From a virus, in IMG/VR virus record IMGVR_UViG_3300029787_000005, positions 64,319 through 128,318 of that record: 64,000 nucleotides of DNA, one strand, 5' to 3'. Each line of letters opens with the position of its first letter. Positions within the stretch are counted from its first letter, which is position 1. Shown in pieces: positions 20,053 through 29,294 of this stretch. The notes below the pieces were generated by a model that worked only from the letters and a program-made list of their open reading frames with translations, did no database searches and had not been told where the DNA came from. The position numbers and the translations under genes are program-made.

Positions 20053-20850
20053 ATGAGTAGTGAAGAAGTAATGGATATTGATCCTAGAGCCCATGGCTTT
20101 AAGATTGATACGGCCGGTAAGGTCGCTAGCTCAGAAGCAGAGTTAGCAAACAAAAGAATAGATGCTAAAATTCCAGAGTTTGAAGAAGAAATAGATCATG
20201 ACATTCCTCATGACAAGGAAGAAGTGGTTGAAGAAGTTTACAAAGAAAGTCTCAGTAAAGATCGTTCAGACCGACTAGGGTTGGTCAGACCTCCAGATAA
20301 GAATATGAAAACATCATGGATGCGTGATCCTGTCGAGGCAGATGATATGGAGGAGATCAAATTGGCAGAAGAAAAAGCTAGGGAACCTGAATGGCCTTTT
20401 GGTGATGGTGAACCAATATATGCATTCTTTAGTAATGATGCAAGGACAGTACTTACATTCTTTCTAAGAATGCCAGATGATAGAGTTGAGAATCATACTA
20501 TAGACTCAGCTCCTATGCATGAAGCTGCATGGCATCATCTACGAAAAATCTTCACAGAAGAAATGTTGAATAAGAATACTAGTCGAGAGATCAATAAGAT
20601 TCATAGACTGCGTTCCAAAGAAGAAGATGAAGAAAAAGAACGTGAAAGTAAGATGAAGCAAGAAGGGTTGTTCGGTGCTAAAGTTGAGGCATTTGAACTG
20701 GAAGTTGTTAGTAAGTCTACTAATAGAGATTTGAAATCAGCTATCCGTAAATCAAAATCTACTATGGAAGTTATTGCCACTGTAGGTGCTCTCATTGCTC
20801 TTGATCATTTGGAGTCTAAAAAAGAAGATGTCCCAGCAGCAGCCGAATAA
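20053..20850 (+). CDS. Hypothetical acidic protein (possible fibre assembly factor)
   Basis: ATG at 20053 preceded by AAGGAG; lies between the repeat proteins and the glycosyltransferase-like gene. Confidence 0.6.
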   Translation: MSSEEVMDIDPRAHGFKIDTAGKVASSEAELANKRIDAKIPEFEEEIDHDIPHDKEEVVEEVYKESLSKDRSDRLGLVRPPDKNMKTSWMRDPVEADDMEEIKLAEEKAREPEWPFGDGEPIYAFFSNDARTVLTFFLRMPDDRVENHTIDSAPMHEAAWHHLRKIFTEEMLNKNTSREINKIHRLRSKEEDEEKERESKMKQEGLFGAKVEAFELEVVSKSTNRDLKSAIRKSKSTMEVIATVGALIALDHLESKKEDVPAAAE

Positions 20851-21715
20851 TGGTTTTCTGTACGTAGGATCTCTGACTAAACCATATTATGATGCTGCTG
20901 TAATGTCAGCAGAGTCCATTAAGGACTACTGGCCAGAAGCTAAGATAATGTTGTTTACTCATGAAGATTGGGTACAAGAACCAAGAGACTCTAGAATCTT
21001 TGATAAAATTGTTACTGGAGTCCCAGCACATTGTCGAGCTAAGCTATGGGCATTAAATCAAACTATATTTGATAAGACATGCTATATGGATGCTGACACA
21101 TATTGTGAGCATGAAGACATAAAGTATATCTTTGATGATCTACCTGATAACTATGATATGGCTATGACTACAAATAGACCATATAATGCTAAGGTTGTCT
21201 ACTTTAAGAAAGATAGAGAGCTTACTCATTATGAAGAAGAAGACAAGAAGTTAATCTGGGAAGGTGGGGACCCAGATGGCAAACCATTGTATGCAGTGCA
21301 CTCTTGGGAAGAGAATGCCAAGAATGAAGTATACAGAATGTTATGGCATTGTGGAATGTTTATATATAATAATAAGCCGCATACGCTAAAAATGTTACAT
21401 GCATGGTATACTAATTATAGGGAACAGATTGAAAACAAAAAGACATGGCACGAAAGATTTGAACATCCAAGATCATTGTGGTTCTGGGATACGTATGCTT
21501 TCTGGCGAACAAACTTTTATACAAATTATGAAGTCAAGATTCGTGAGATCCATCCAAAGTGGAACTTTGTAAATGGATACAGAGAATTTGAATTAAGTGA
21601 AAAACATCCAAAAGTTATTCACCACTACACAGTACCAGCTCGACCACAGGATGAAGGATTAATAGATGACCCCAATATATCAAATACAATCGGAAATTTT
21701 GACATACTTAAATGA
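20828..21715 (+). CDS. Putative glycosyltransferase (GT-A fold, nucleotide-diphospho-sugar transferase-like)
   Basis: RAKLWAL..T.FDKTCYMDADT with DxD motif; ...KWNFV...IHHY C-terminus reminiscent of GT8-like proteins. Confidence 0.6.
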   Translation: MSQQQPNNGFLYVGSLTKPYYDAAVMSAESIKDYWPEAKIMLFTHEDWVQEPRDSRIFDKIVTGVPAHCRAKLWALNQTIFDKTCYMDADTYCEHEDIKYIFDDLPDNYDMAMTTNRPYNAKVVYFKKDRELTHYEEEDKKLIWEGGDPDGKPLYAVHSWEENAKNEVYRMLWHCGMFIYNNKPHTLKMLHAWYTNYREQIENKKTWHERFEHPRSLWFWDTYAFWRTNFYTNYEVKIREIHPKWNFVNGYREFELSEKHPKVIHHYTVPARPQDEGLIDDPNISNTIGNFDILK

Positions 21716-22439
21716 GTGGCAAGAGTTCATATGGGGACTAGAGCTCCATGAAAACTTTGGTAAAGATAAGAAGTTTAAAGCTCGAGGTGGCAAGTTCTTT
21801 AACGAGAACCGATCAGAGTATGCAAGTTCCGTAGAGTGTTTGATGTCTCTTAAACATGATGAGCATGATGGCTTTCCACCAGACTCATATGGATATGACT
21901 TTAATCAGATACCACAATGGATCAAGTCAGGATCTATTAGTAAAGATATAGGTGAGCCATTAGCTGAGAAGAGTAAATGGTTGGATGATAATCTTGGTGC
22001 TTATCTTGGATATAGGTTCTGTGCATTAAAGATGTTCTATCCTCCAGAAGGATATATTTCTTGGCATACTAACTGGAACGTACCAAGCTACAACATTTTA
22101 TTTACATACAATCCTACTGGTGATGGTTTCTGGAGACATATTAATCCAACTGGATCAGAGTCACATAGACCTAACATAGGAGAGAATGAAGAGAACGTAG
22201 TTACTATTCCTGACAAGCCAGGTTGGTCATGTAAGGTTGGTTACTATGGACGTAAAGAAGAACATGACAGGATTGTTTGGCATACAGCTTATACTAAGGA
22301 GCCAAGAATCACATTAGGTTATGTTATCTTTGAAGAAAGTATTTGGAAGAATACAGTTGAAGAGATTGCTGGTAAAGAATTAGTATGGCCTCTAGCTCCA
22401 TATGAACCAGAGGCCGTACAAACATCCTTTACTAAATAA
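21666..22439 (+). CDS. Putative cupin / Fe(II)-2OG oxygenase-like protein
   Basis: YPPEGYISWHTN (HxN) ... VWHTAY...RITLGY double-stranded beta-helix pattern. Confidence 0.45.
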   Translation: MTPIYQIQSEILTYLNEWQEFIWGLELHENFGKDKKFKARGGKFFNENRSEYASSVECLMSLKHDEHDGFPPDSYGYDFNQIPQWIKSGSISKDIGEPLAEKSKWLDDNLGAYLGYRFCALKMFYPPEGYISWHTNWNVPSYNILFTYNPTGDGFWRHINPTGSESHRPNIGENEENVVTIPDKPGWSCKVGYYGRKEEHDRIVWHTAYTKEPRITLGYVIFEESIWKNTVEEIAGKELVWPLAPYEPEAVQTSFTK

Positions 22440-22821
22440 ACCTCGATCCAAACTTATTATAGTTCTTATGGGACTTTTTACATACGTTCACAAGCACGTA
22501 GTATAATATCTTCTCGTGCTTGGATGTCACTGAGTCAGCTAAATTTATACCTGGTACTCTATAGTTACACATAGCATACATTATAAACCACAGGTCTCTA
22601 GGACCTGTGAAAGTTATATTGTCCAACCCATTGTATGCAATAGCCTTTACATAACCTTGCCATTGATGCTCTGGAGTCATAGACTCATGGAGCTCTTTTA
22701 CAATGGGCTGGATCTTTTTCCATTCTGCATCTTGCTCAGCAACAAACATTTGATTGAACAGTTGCTGACTGTATAGTAACATAATAAAGCCATATATTTG
22801 GCTGTCAATCATCATTTTCAT
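22432..22821 (-). CDS. Hypothetical protein
   Basis: 129-aa ORF downstream of pstS, convergent with the upstream + strand operon. Confidence 0.5.
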   Translation of the reverse strand: MKMMIDSQIYGFIMLLYSQQLFNQMFVAEQDAEWKKIQPIVKELHESMTPEHQWQGYVKAIAYNGLDNITFTGPRDLWFIMYAMCNYRVPGINLADSVTSKHEKILYYVLVNVCKKSHKNYNKFGSRFI

Positions 22822-22851
22822 TTTATGTAAACCTTATATATTATCCCTTAT

Positions 22852-23841
22852 TTATTTAAGTTGTGCAGCTAATCTTTTTAGAGCAGCTGCTCTCTCCTTA
22901 GGTTGTAGTGGAATTAATCCTTTGTCAACTAAACGTCCTTCAGGACCAGACATACCATCTGACATAAAATGATCTACATATGGCTTTAAAGGATAATCAT
23001 TTAAATGTTCTTTTTTTACATAAAAGTATAGTGCTCTTGAAATAGGATATGATCCATCTGCAATTCCTTCAAAGGTTGGTTCTTTACCATTTATCGTTGC
23101 ACCTTGTACTAGATTAGTATTTTCTTCCAAAAATGAAAAACCAAAAATTCCAAATCTTTCTGGATTGCTACCTAACTTTTGAATAATGAGATTGTCATTT
23201 TCTCCAGCTTCAATATAACCACCATCTTCTCTTACTTGTGAACAACGTGTCTTATAACCATCAGGTCCTTTCTTTTTGATACCCATCTTCTTACAAGCCT
23301 TATGTAAAACAAGTTCTACAAATGCATCTCTTGTACCTGATGTTGGAGGAGGGCCCATTATTTCAATTTTTCTATTTGGTAGACTCTTATTTATATCTGA
23401 CCATTTTACATATGGATTTTCAATAAACTTTTTTCCATCCCAAACTTCTTTTGAAACAGCCTTGTATAAATCTTTACGTGAAATAGTCATTGGTTTAGAT
23501 TGTTTTGAATTAGCTAAAACAATACCATCATATCCAATATGTACTTCTATTGGTGTTACACCATTCTTTGTACATTTTTTAATTTCTGATTTCTTGATTG
23601 CTCTACTTGCATTTGTTGCATCTGGATGTTTTTTTCCTACACCATTGCAGAATAATTTCATTCCACCACCAGTACCTGTTGATTCTATAACTGGTGTTTT
23701 ATGTCCTGATTTGCCTAGAGATTCTGCAACAACAGTTGCAAATGGAAAAACAGTAGACGAGCCAACTACTAATAGACTATCTCGTGCATAGACGGATGTA
23801 CTCATTACTAGCATAGCTAGCACTAAAAAAACTCTTTTCAT
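22852..23841 (-). CDS. pstS: Phosphate ABC transporter substrate-binding protein PstS
   Basis: Signal peptide; VGSSTVFPF, ESTGTGGGMKLFC, GPPPTSGTRDAF, YPISRALYFYVK motifs; AAGGAG RBS. Confidence 0.93.
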   Translation of the reverse strand: MKRVFLVLAMLVMSTSVYARDSLLVVGSSTVFPFATVVAESLGKSGHKTPVIESTGTGGGMKLFCNGVGKKHPDATNASRAIKKSEIKKCTKNGVTPIEVHIGYDGIVLANSKQSKPMTISRKDLYKAVSKEVWDGKKFIENPYVKWSDINKSLPNRKIEIMGPPPTSGTRDAFVELVLHKACKKMGIKKKGPDGYKTRCSQVREDGGYIEAGENDNLIIQKLGSNPERFGIFGFSFLEENTNLVQGATINGKEPTFEGIADGSYPISRALYFYVKKEHLNDYPLKPYVDHFMSDGMSGPEGRLVDKGLIPLQPKERAAALKRLAAQLK

Positions 23842-23936
23842 TTTTTTCTCCTTGGGGGTTGTGTCGACGATGACATCATTATTTAACTCTCAAAATAGAG
23901 TGTAGTATTATCATTATATTAAAGTTTAATTACCAT

Positions 23937-24578
23937 TCAAGTTTCATCTTTATTGACCTTTCCAATAACCATTATACGTTTAGCACCTAAGAACTCTCTT
24001 GACTCTCCATAGAATACCTTTCTAAGATGCCCTTGTGTAGCTAACTCTCCTGCACCTTCAGCACAATTGATGTGTAGCCATTTAACATTCTTGTTGTTGT
24101 TACTTTGTAATACATATAACTTATCTGGATATTGATTTGTTATATGTTTCATATCCATCATATGTTCACAAGAACAATTAATAACAACATTGCCTTTGAG
24201 ATCTAAGTTATCAAACACAACATCTTTATGATTAACTGTTACTTGTGGAAACTCATCTTTGTAAATATGCTGTGCAATATCGCAAGTATACTCATCAATG
24301 TCATATAGATTAATAGGAATATCATAACCAAGACGATTAACAAGCATAGGCACAATGACAATACCATACCAGCTAGCCAAGATATCAATGCCTTTAATTT
24401 GTCTATCACGGAACCTCGCATCTACTAATGTCTCAACTAACCACCACTTACTTTGTATTTGTGTTTCAAATATACATTCACTGTAGTCTTTGAACTTGTA
24501 TATATGCTTGTCAGCTATATATCCCATCCCTTTATGGAACAGCTGGTATGTTCTATCTAATGAATAATGTTGCATCAA
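23937..24578 (-). CDS. Putative class I SAM-dependent methyltransferase
   Basis: QIQSKWWL...DILASWYG...YDID...VINCSCEHM...LQSNN pattern of a phage methyltransferase-like family. Confidence 0.55.
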   Translation of the reverse strand: MMQHYSLDRTYQLFHKGMGYIADKHIYKFKDYSECIFETQIQSKWWLVETLVDARFRDRQIKGIDILASWYGIVIVPMLVNRLGYDIPINLYDIDEYTCDIAQHIYKDEFPQVTVNHKDVVFDNLDLKGNVVINCSCEHMMDMKHITNQYPDKLYVLQSNNNKNVKWLHINCAEGAGELATQGHLRKVFYGESREFLGAKRIMVIGKVNKDET

Positions 24579-25234
24579 TCACCCCAAAATTGTTTCAACG
24601 TTTCTTCCTTATCTTCTACATTATCAAAACATGCAACAACATGATTATCTCTCTTTTTATACTCATCAAGATCATCTGGAAACGATGAACCATACTTATA
24701 TGAGTATGCAAGTTTACTTGGAAAAAACTTTAGCTTATCTCTATGCCTTCTATACATCCAGCCATCCAATCCATAGAATGACTTATATACCTTCTCTTTG
24801 TTGTCTTGAAAGTCTTTGTATTGTTCTTCAAAATTATTATCTTTAAGATATAGTATTGATGAGTTAACATCACAGTTAAAGATATACTTGTTTATATCAT
24901 TACTGAACCATGTTGTCTTTAATATCTGACCATTATCAACAAACTCTTTTAGTTGACCATGAACAAAGCAATCCAGATCAAGATATATTGTATCGTTAGT
25001 AAACAATCCAGGTTCAAACAAGTTTACTTTATTCCACCACAATCTATCAAGACAAAATGATTTATAGTTATAGACTTGTATGTTCTGATCAAACCCTCTA
25101 GGATTATCAGTCCAGCATGTAAAGGTATTGACTTGATGTTTGACTTGGTGAAACAATTGGTTAACAAACTCATGTTTGTAGCCTGTACCAACCTTCATAC
25201 ATACAACATCTAACTTCATAGGTATTGCTTCCAC
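24575..25234 (-). CDS. Putative glycosyltransferase (GT-A)
   Basis: VVCMKVGTGY...WWNKVNLF...YLDLD...NSSIL. Confidence 0.65.
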   Translation of the reverse strand: MEAIPMKLDVVCMKVGTGYKHEFVNQLFHQVKHQVNTFTCWTDNPRGFDQNIQVYNYKSFCLDRLWWNKVNLFEPGLFTNDTIYLDLDCFVHGQLKEFVDNGQILKTTWFSNDINKYIFNCDVNSSILYLKDNNFEEQYKDFQDNKEKVYKSFYGLDGWMYRRHRDKLKFFPSKLAYSYKYGSSFPDDLDEYKKRDNHVVACFDNVEDKEETLKQFWGD

Positions 25235-25977
25235 TCTTTAGCAACCCATCCAGTTTTTATATCTAATGGGTCTGGCTCATGATCTTCCATAAAGACACAG
25301 ACAGCATGATCTGGTCTATACTTATATTTAGCCTCGCTACCTTTGACTGTATAATTGTCTGGATATGCAGCACCTCTATTGAATGAGTATACAGATCCTT
25401 TTGGATATGTGTGTATCTTATCTCTCCACTTACGCCATAAGTAAGCATCAGCACTATACAACGATTGCTTAATCATCTTATAGTTCTTACTAAAGTGTGT
25501 CCATATCTCATTTGTAACTGGATCAGTATTGTCTACGTATATCAAACTGGCATTAAACAACATAGTTAAGAAATAATTACCACCATGCATACCAACATGC
25601 CAAGGTGGCATCCAGTCACATGCAATCATTGCTGGTGTTGGTGTTTCAAGTATTCTATCCATTGGACCAAGAAATAAGTTATCAAGATCAGTGAATAATA
25701 TCTTACCTTCTATGCCACATAACTTAGGAGCAAACAATGACATCTTGATACCATCCCAGAAGTACCATTGTTCGTTGTTTATTATATCACTCCATAGCCA
25801 TTGTTCTGTGCATTCAACTGCTTTGATGTCTTCGTCTAATCCTTTTGGATCATCTGTCATACAATAGGATTTGAACTCTTGATTGAAATGCTTCTTGGCC
25901 ATTCTGTGGATTAAGTTTGGATACTCAGGACCAAACTTATCACCCCACTTCATAGTCATCAAGTTAATAATATTCAA
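25216..25977 (-). CDS. Putative glycosyltransferase (GT-A), paralogue
   Basis: TMKWGDKFGPEY...CMTDDP.G...KMSLF...FTDLD...NASL. Confidence 0.65.
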   Translation of the reverse strand: MNIINLMTMKWGDKFGPEYPNLIHRMAKKHFNQEFKSYCMTDDPKGLDEDIKAVECTEQWLWSDIINNEQWYFWDGIKMSLFAPKLCGIEGKILFTDLDNLFLGPMDRILETPTPAMIACDWMPPWHVGMHGGNYFLTMLFNASLIYVDNTDPVTNEIWTHFSKNYKMIKQSLYSADAYLWRKWRDKIHTYPKGSVYSFNRGAAYPDNYTVKGSEAKYKYRPDHAVCVFMEDHEPDPLDIKTGWVAKEWKQYL

Positions 25978-26812
25978 TACTCCTTATCACATGCTGACGT
26001 TCAGTCTTAATAATGTGTTCTTTCTGCTGACGTACAAGATGCATTGATGGATTATCTTTATGATCTTCTGCATTGAGATCAACATACTTCTTACCCATAC
26101 CATTGAGCAATCTAAACACATATGCTTCTCTACGATGGAATGGTTGTTTATCTTTTGCAAAGAACTCTGATCCTTGTTCAGCTCCAAAGAAGTATGAGTA
26201 TGCCCAACCTCTTGGTAGAGTGTTGATTATATCTCTGTGGTAATGGTTTATATATTCATCATTGCCTCTGAATTTGAATGCATATGTTTCTGGATCATGC
26301 ATGAACTCTTTTGTAATAAAGTTCATAGAGTGACCATGCCACATCATAATAGAAGAATTAACTAATGCAGCAAACTCAAAGTCTGGATCAAACCCTGATT
26401 GTTTGAATGCTTGTGATTCCCAATCAATAGGTTTCCAATAACAATACAACATAGTAAGTTTATCTTTAACAGCAAAGTCACACATTTGATCAAAGTCTCT
26501 TTGTATGACTGTATCAAGATCAAAGTATATGTTAAGCCCATCACCAGATATAGATTCATCAAACAGCATCATCTTGTTCCACCAACCCCATAAGTTGTAT
26601 TCATTAACATCTATGATATTAATGCCAGGGACTGCTATAGTTGTTTGATTTGTTAGTAAGTTAAAATTATATGGCTCACTAAAGTTTGCATCTATCTGAG
26701 CCTTTAATTGATATACGTGTTCATCTGTATAGTACTCACTAGGATCAAACTCCATTTGGTATGGAGTCTCAGTGTGTACAGTTTTGATGCAGTAAATATT
26801 AATGCGTGTCAT
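25964..26812 (-). CDS. Putative glycosyltransferase (GT-A), paralogue
   Basis: GWWNKMMLF...YFDLDTVI...NSSIMMW...RGNDEY. Confidence 0.65.
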   Translation of the reverse strand: MTRINIYCIKTVHTETPYQMEFDPSEYYTDEHVYQLKAQIDANFSEPYNFNLLTNQTTIAVPGINIIDVNEYNLWGWWNKMMLFDESISGDGLNIYFDLDTVIQRDFDQMCDFAVKDKLTMLYCYWKPIDWESQAFKQSGFDPDFEFAALVNSSIMMWHGHSMNFITKEFMHDPETYAFKFRGNDEYINHYHRDIINTLPRGWAYSYFFGAEQGSEFFAKDKQPFHRREAYVFRLLNGMGKKYVDLNAEDHKDNPSMHLVRQQKEHIIKTERQHVIRSIEYY

Positions 26813-27212
26813 CTATCCACCTTCTTGTAATACTCAAGAATTCATCCACTTTTGTTACTCTCTCTTTATTATCTCTATTGATAAGTGCTAGAGGTAACCA
26901 ATCTTTACATGCTATCCAATCATGTATTGTATGATGGTCACTTATAGTTGACCAAGTCAACCATGTACCGACACCATGATTCTTCAACTCTCTAAAACAT
27001 TTCTCTATTGTAAATGCTCTGAGAGTCTTATCAAATTCAAATGGTAGTCTACCAGACGCATGAAACTGTTGAGGGTCTAAGTACGCCTGGTACGTATCTT
27101 TATAAGTTGCAACATAATAATACTTATACTTCTTATTATTATATAATAATCTTATTGGGTTAAGCTCATCACCTTTTGGCTTCTCGAAGAATGTTGGCAC
27201 TAACTTCTTCAT
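26799..27212 (-). CDS. Hypothetical protein
   Basis: 137-aa ORF overlapping both neighbours in the minus-strand operon. Confidence 0.55.
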   Translation of the reverse strand: MKKLVPTFFEKPKGDELNPIRLLYNNKKYKYYYVATYKDTYQAYLDPQQFHASGRLPFEFDKTLRAFTIEKCFRELKNHGVGTWLTWSTISDHHTIHDWIACKDWLPLALINRDNKERVTKVDEFLSITRRWIDDTH

Positions 27213-28141
27213 TAGTAGCCTCCTTCGTTTGCAACGATATGTGCGGGAAGGGGCGCCAGTCTAAAGTCTTCCGTAATTCTTCCTCTGCGAGTTTGGTCCA
27301 TGAATGGGTAAAGCCTAGCGTCCATATGACTATCCCAATCCGCAATTTTAATCCATATACCGCTTCGATGTAACGCTCTTCCAATTGAATCCGGGTTAAG
27401 GGGGAACATAAAGGTGTCCGGTTCAACATGTTGGCCATAGATTGGTTTCTCCTTCCATGAGTTGATATAGTCCACTGTTAGACTATAATGATCTGCACAC
27501 ATCTGAATCATGTCATCCATGCTCCAGTTGTCTACACTCTCTAATAAATACCTACCATGCTGGCCAACGTTTTTGAAGCGTATCATTGCGTGGTCGATAT
27601 TCTTTTGTTTAAATAAATGAAGAAGTCTACTTGGTGCATCATCATTTATTCCTTTACATAATATAGTGCCTGTGTCAACAATAAATTTACAAGCCTTGAT
27701 ATTCTCAAGAGCCATTATCTTTTGTTTAGCACATCTAAGTTCATCAATAGCTTCATACCAATCATCATTATCCACACCGTTCAATGACAAATAAACATGC
27801 GACAGCTTAGCCTCTCGCAAGCTACGAGTATACCTAATACTAGCCAATTTCAGTCCATTAGTCAACAGGGTACATCTATGCCCTGCCTTTCTGATCCTGA
27901 CTATAATATCAGTTAGATCATTTCTCATGGTTGGCTCAGCACCCATGATTCTGATCATAGTTCTTTTTGGGAATCTACTGATTGTATTTATAAGACGATC
28001 AATGTCCATGTCAGGAATATCTCTATTTGGTATGTAACAATTTTGACATGTCATATTACATTGATGAGTCACATCAGCTGTGACATCAGTGAAATGATTA
28101 TCTTCTGGATCTAGTTCATAGTAACCTGGTAAGGTGGTCAT
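27212..28141 (-). CDS. Radical SAM enzyme (MoaA/PqqE-like core)
   Basis: CNMTCQNC (CxxxCxxC), GAEPT, LLTNG, SLNG motifs. Confidence 0.85.
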   Translation of the reverse strand: MTTLPGYYELDPEDNHFTDVTADVTHQCNMTCQNCYIPNRDIPDMDIDRLINTISRFPKRTMIRIMGAEPTMRNDLTDIIVRIRKAGHRCTLLTNGLKLASIRYTRSLREAKLSHVYLSLNGVDNDDWYEAIDELRCAKQKIMALENIKACKFIVDTGTILCKGINDDAPSRLLHLFKQKNIDHAMIRFKNVGQHGRYLLESVDNWSMDDMIQMCADHYSLTVDYINSWKEKPIYGQHVEPDTFMFPLNPDSIGRALHRSGIWIKIADWDSHMDARLYPFMDQTRRGRITEDFRLAPLPAHIVANEGGY

Positions 28142-28706
28142 ATGCTTCCTCTGTGTACTCGAAGTTTGCTAGGATAGCAACTCTTACATCATTCGATTCA
28201 TGAAACGATGCATGAGGATGACTTGGATTAATAAACCAAATCTCTCCTATGTTCATAAAATATTTTTTTTGATTTTTATTCCAAAGGTCTTCACCTCGCT
28301 TACCTGTCTGTGCTTTTATTGTAACTGGATCACTTAAAGGACATATAATATTATATGTGTTGGGTGGATCCATATGGTAGTCCAAATGTTGACCTGGATC
28401 TAACATAGCATATCTTTTATTGTTTATATCAATATTTTGAACAGGTAAACTTATCTCATCTGAATGGATTTGATTATAAAAATCAGCAAGTTGATAAACG
28501 CTTTCACCAGTACTAACACCAACAACAGCATTTTGATGTCTATGTTCTGCAGTCTGCTCACCGGTCAAATTACTTGGATCATCCGCTAAAGAATGGTATA
28601 TAAATAAATTGTGTACAGTAATTTCTGGGGTTAGTTGCCCCACTTTGATAGCTGGAGGCAGCTTTCGGTTACGACCATGAAGTCGTAATTCGTCAATTTT
28701 ACTCAT
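28116..28706 (-). CDS. Putative Fe(II)/2OG hydroxylase (aspartyl/asparaginyl beta-hydroxylase-like)
   Basis: LDPGQHLDYHMD (HxD), IICPL, GEIWFIN...PHAS...RVAI. Confidence 0.6.
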   Translation of the reverse strand: MSKIDELRLHGRNRKLPPAIKVGQLTPEITVHNLFIYHSLADDPSNLTGEQTAEHRHQNAVVGVSTGESVYQLADFYNQIHSDEISLPVQNIDINNKRYAMLDPGQHLDYHMDPPNTYNIICPLSDPVTIKAQTGKRGEDLWNKNQKKYFMNIGEIWFINPSHPHASFHESNDVRVAILANFEYTEEAYDHLTRLL

Positions 28707-28728
28707 AATATGACCACATCATTGTTAT

Positions 28729-28744
28729 TATAAATATATTTAGC
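28729..28744. promoter_or_regulatory. Adjacent late promoters on opposite strands: TATAAATA (+) and GCTAAATA (-)
   Basis: TATAAATA at 28729-28736 upstream of the 28765 gene; reverse complement of 28737-28744 is GCTAAATA, the same octamer found before gp19 (38477-38484). Confidence 0.55.
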
Positions 28745-28764
28745 TAAGTTAATAGGAGCACATA

Positions 28765-29100
28765 ATGGCGACAAAGGCAAACATTGTAATAGATCAAGGG
28801 GCATCATTCTCCACAGATATTGATATTACAGACGCAGCTGGCGCCCGAGTAGACTTATCTAATTATACAGCAAACTCTCAGCTACGTAAACACTTTTCTT
28901 CAACAAATGCAACTGCTACTTTTACTTGTACTACTGGTGGTACAAATGGTACAGTTACTATGGTACTCACACATGCAGTAACAGCCAATATAACAGAAGG
29001 AAGATATGTTTACGATCTATCATTACACAACACATCTGCTAACACAAAGTTGAGAGCTGTAGAAGGAATTGTAACTGTCACACCAAGGGTAACAGCATAA
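28765..29100 (+). CDS. Virion structural protein (small beta-sandwich)
   Basis: ANIVIDQGASFS...GRYVYD...RAVEGIVTVTP, common in T4-like marine phages; AGGAG RBS. Confidence 0.7.
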   Translation: MATKANIVIDQGASFSTDIDITDAAGARVDLSNYTANSQLRKHFSSTNATATFTCTTGGTNGTVTMVLTHAVTANITEGRYVYDLSLHNTSANTKLRAVEGIVTVTPRVTA

Positions 29101-29294
29101 TGGTAAAAATGCTAAGAAATGATTTAGATACATTAACAATTTATGGTAATCCAATAGTAGGATCTGCCAACAAGCTATCTGCTTGTGAAGATGTTTCAGA
29201 ACAAACATTAGCCAATGGAGCTATACTTGTATACAGTTCTAATGACAAGAAGTATATACTCCAAGCAGATTCAAATGATGGTGGTGAGTTCTAG
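29100..29294 (+). CDS. Small hypothetical structural protein
   Basis: 64 aa ending in DGGEF; LxxxxDV...NGAILVY repeat unit. Confidence 0.5.
   Translation: MVKMLRNDLDTLTIYGNPIVGSANKLSACEDVSEQTLANGAILVYSSNDKKYILQADSNDGGEF

Noticed and set aside
23855-23880. Pho box upstream of pstS
   Set aside because: Only one TGTCAT half-site; no second direct repeat at 11-bp spacing
27169-27438. Overlapping ORFs in a locally GC-richer stretch of the radical SAM gene
   Set aside because: No motifs or RBS; explained by the main reading frame
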